Positions 63,496 to 64,000 of a stretch of DNA of 64,000 bases are shown piece after piece. Every line of letters begins with the position of its first letter. The stretch's first letter is position 1. The notes beneath the pieces were generated by a model. That model was not told where the DNA came from, searched no databases, and saw nothing but the letters and a program-made list of their open reading frames with translations. The stretch covers positions 186,001-250,000 of the forward strand of contig NW_026782932.1 of the NCBI RefSeq assembly GCF_031769215.1, given 5' to 3'. Position numbers and translations under genes: made by a program. This DNA comes from Ylistrum balloti (taxonomy: Eukaryota).

Positions 63496-64000
63496 GTCAT
63501 GTCTCATTCTACAGAAATCGTTTCCACAAAGTATTAAAGAAAACAATTCTTGTATATAATATTAACATTGAAAGTGAAAGGATTCTGCTTAAACTATGTT
63601 TAATAATCTTACTGTAACTGTATGTTAAACCAAGTTAAATAAAAGTGTTCTGTTCTGATTCACAATATTCCTTTAAAAAAAAAAAAAAAAGGGGGGGGGG
63701 GGGGGGGGGGGGGGGGTCGAGTAGATTTGTGTAACACAACACTACTTTTTTCAGTAATTACAGGAAATCCCTAACGATTTTAGTGATTTCGTGAAGTTAC
63801 TAAGTGAATTAATTATTTCACGAATTCACTGAAAGGTTTAGTGATTTCACAATCTTACTGTAACATATATGCCATAACAGTTTTGTTCTAATACATAGAA
63901 AGGCTAAGAAGTAATGCTAAATCTAGTCTCTACAAAAGGTTCATAGTTTTAATTGCTTAAATGAAAAATGAAAAACAACTGGTTATACCCAGGATCGAAA

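Noticed and set aside
63730-63800. Candidate exon 5 for CTL C after tttttcag or aattacag
   Set aside because: Two alternative acceptors give unremarkable peptides and there is no paralog to confirm; the exon may lie outside the window.

Overview
AT-rich, intron-containing eukaryotic genomic DNA. The gene families and repeat types suggest a bivalve mollusc, which is inference only. All exon models and alignments were made by eye. (1) 184-20702, minus strand: the 5' part of a large secreted modular gene with about 21 exons and at least ~1,500 aa in the window. Domain order is signal peptide, FA58C, EGF, FA58C, EGF, three ConA/LamG-like domains with Pro/Thr mucin spacers, a VWDE-like region, and the start of a vWF-D domain that runs off the left edge. 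(2) 25060-63495, plus strand: a cluster of perlucin-like single-domain C-type lectin (CTL) genes, here called A, B1, B2 and C, plus a truncated fragment of A. B1 and B2 come from a ~14.9 kb tandem duplication whose junction at ~42599 fuses a 35-bp minisatellite to the middle of gene A exon 4. B1 and B2 share an identical exon 3 but differ in the sugar-specificity motifs (EPN/WHD versus QPD/WND). A has HPD/WND and C has a non-canonical motif with WND. The two duplicated units also show reciprocal minisatellite expansions. Mobile DNA includes a TA-flanked TIR element with a nested MITE between the head-to-head genes, Penelope-like relics, a deleted RTE LINE with an 11-bp target-site duplication, and tRNA-derived SINE heads. 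No prokaryotic features, rRNA, genuine tRNA or CRISPR arrays were seen.
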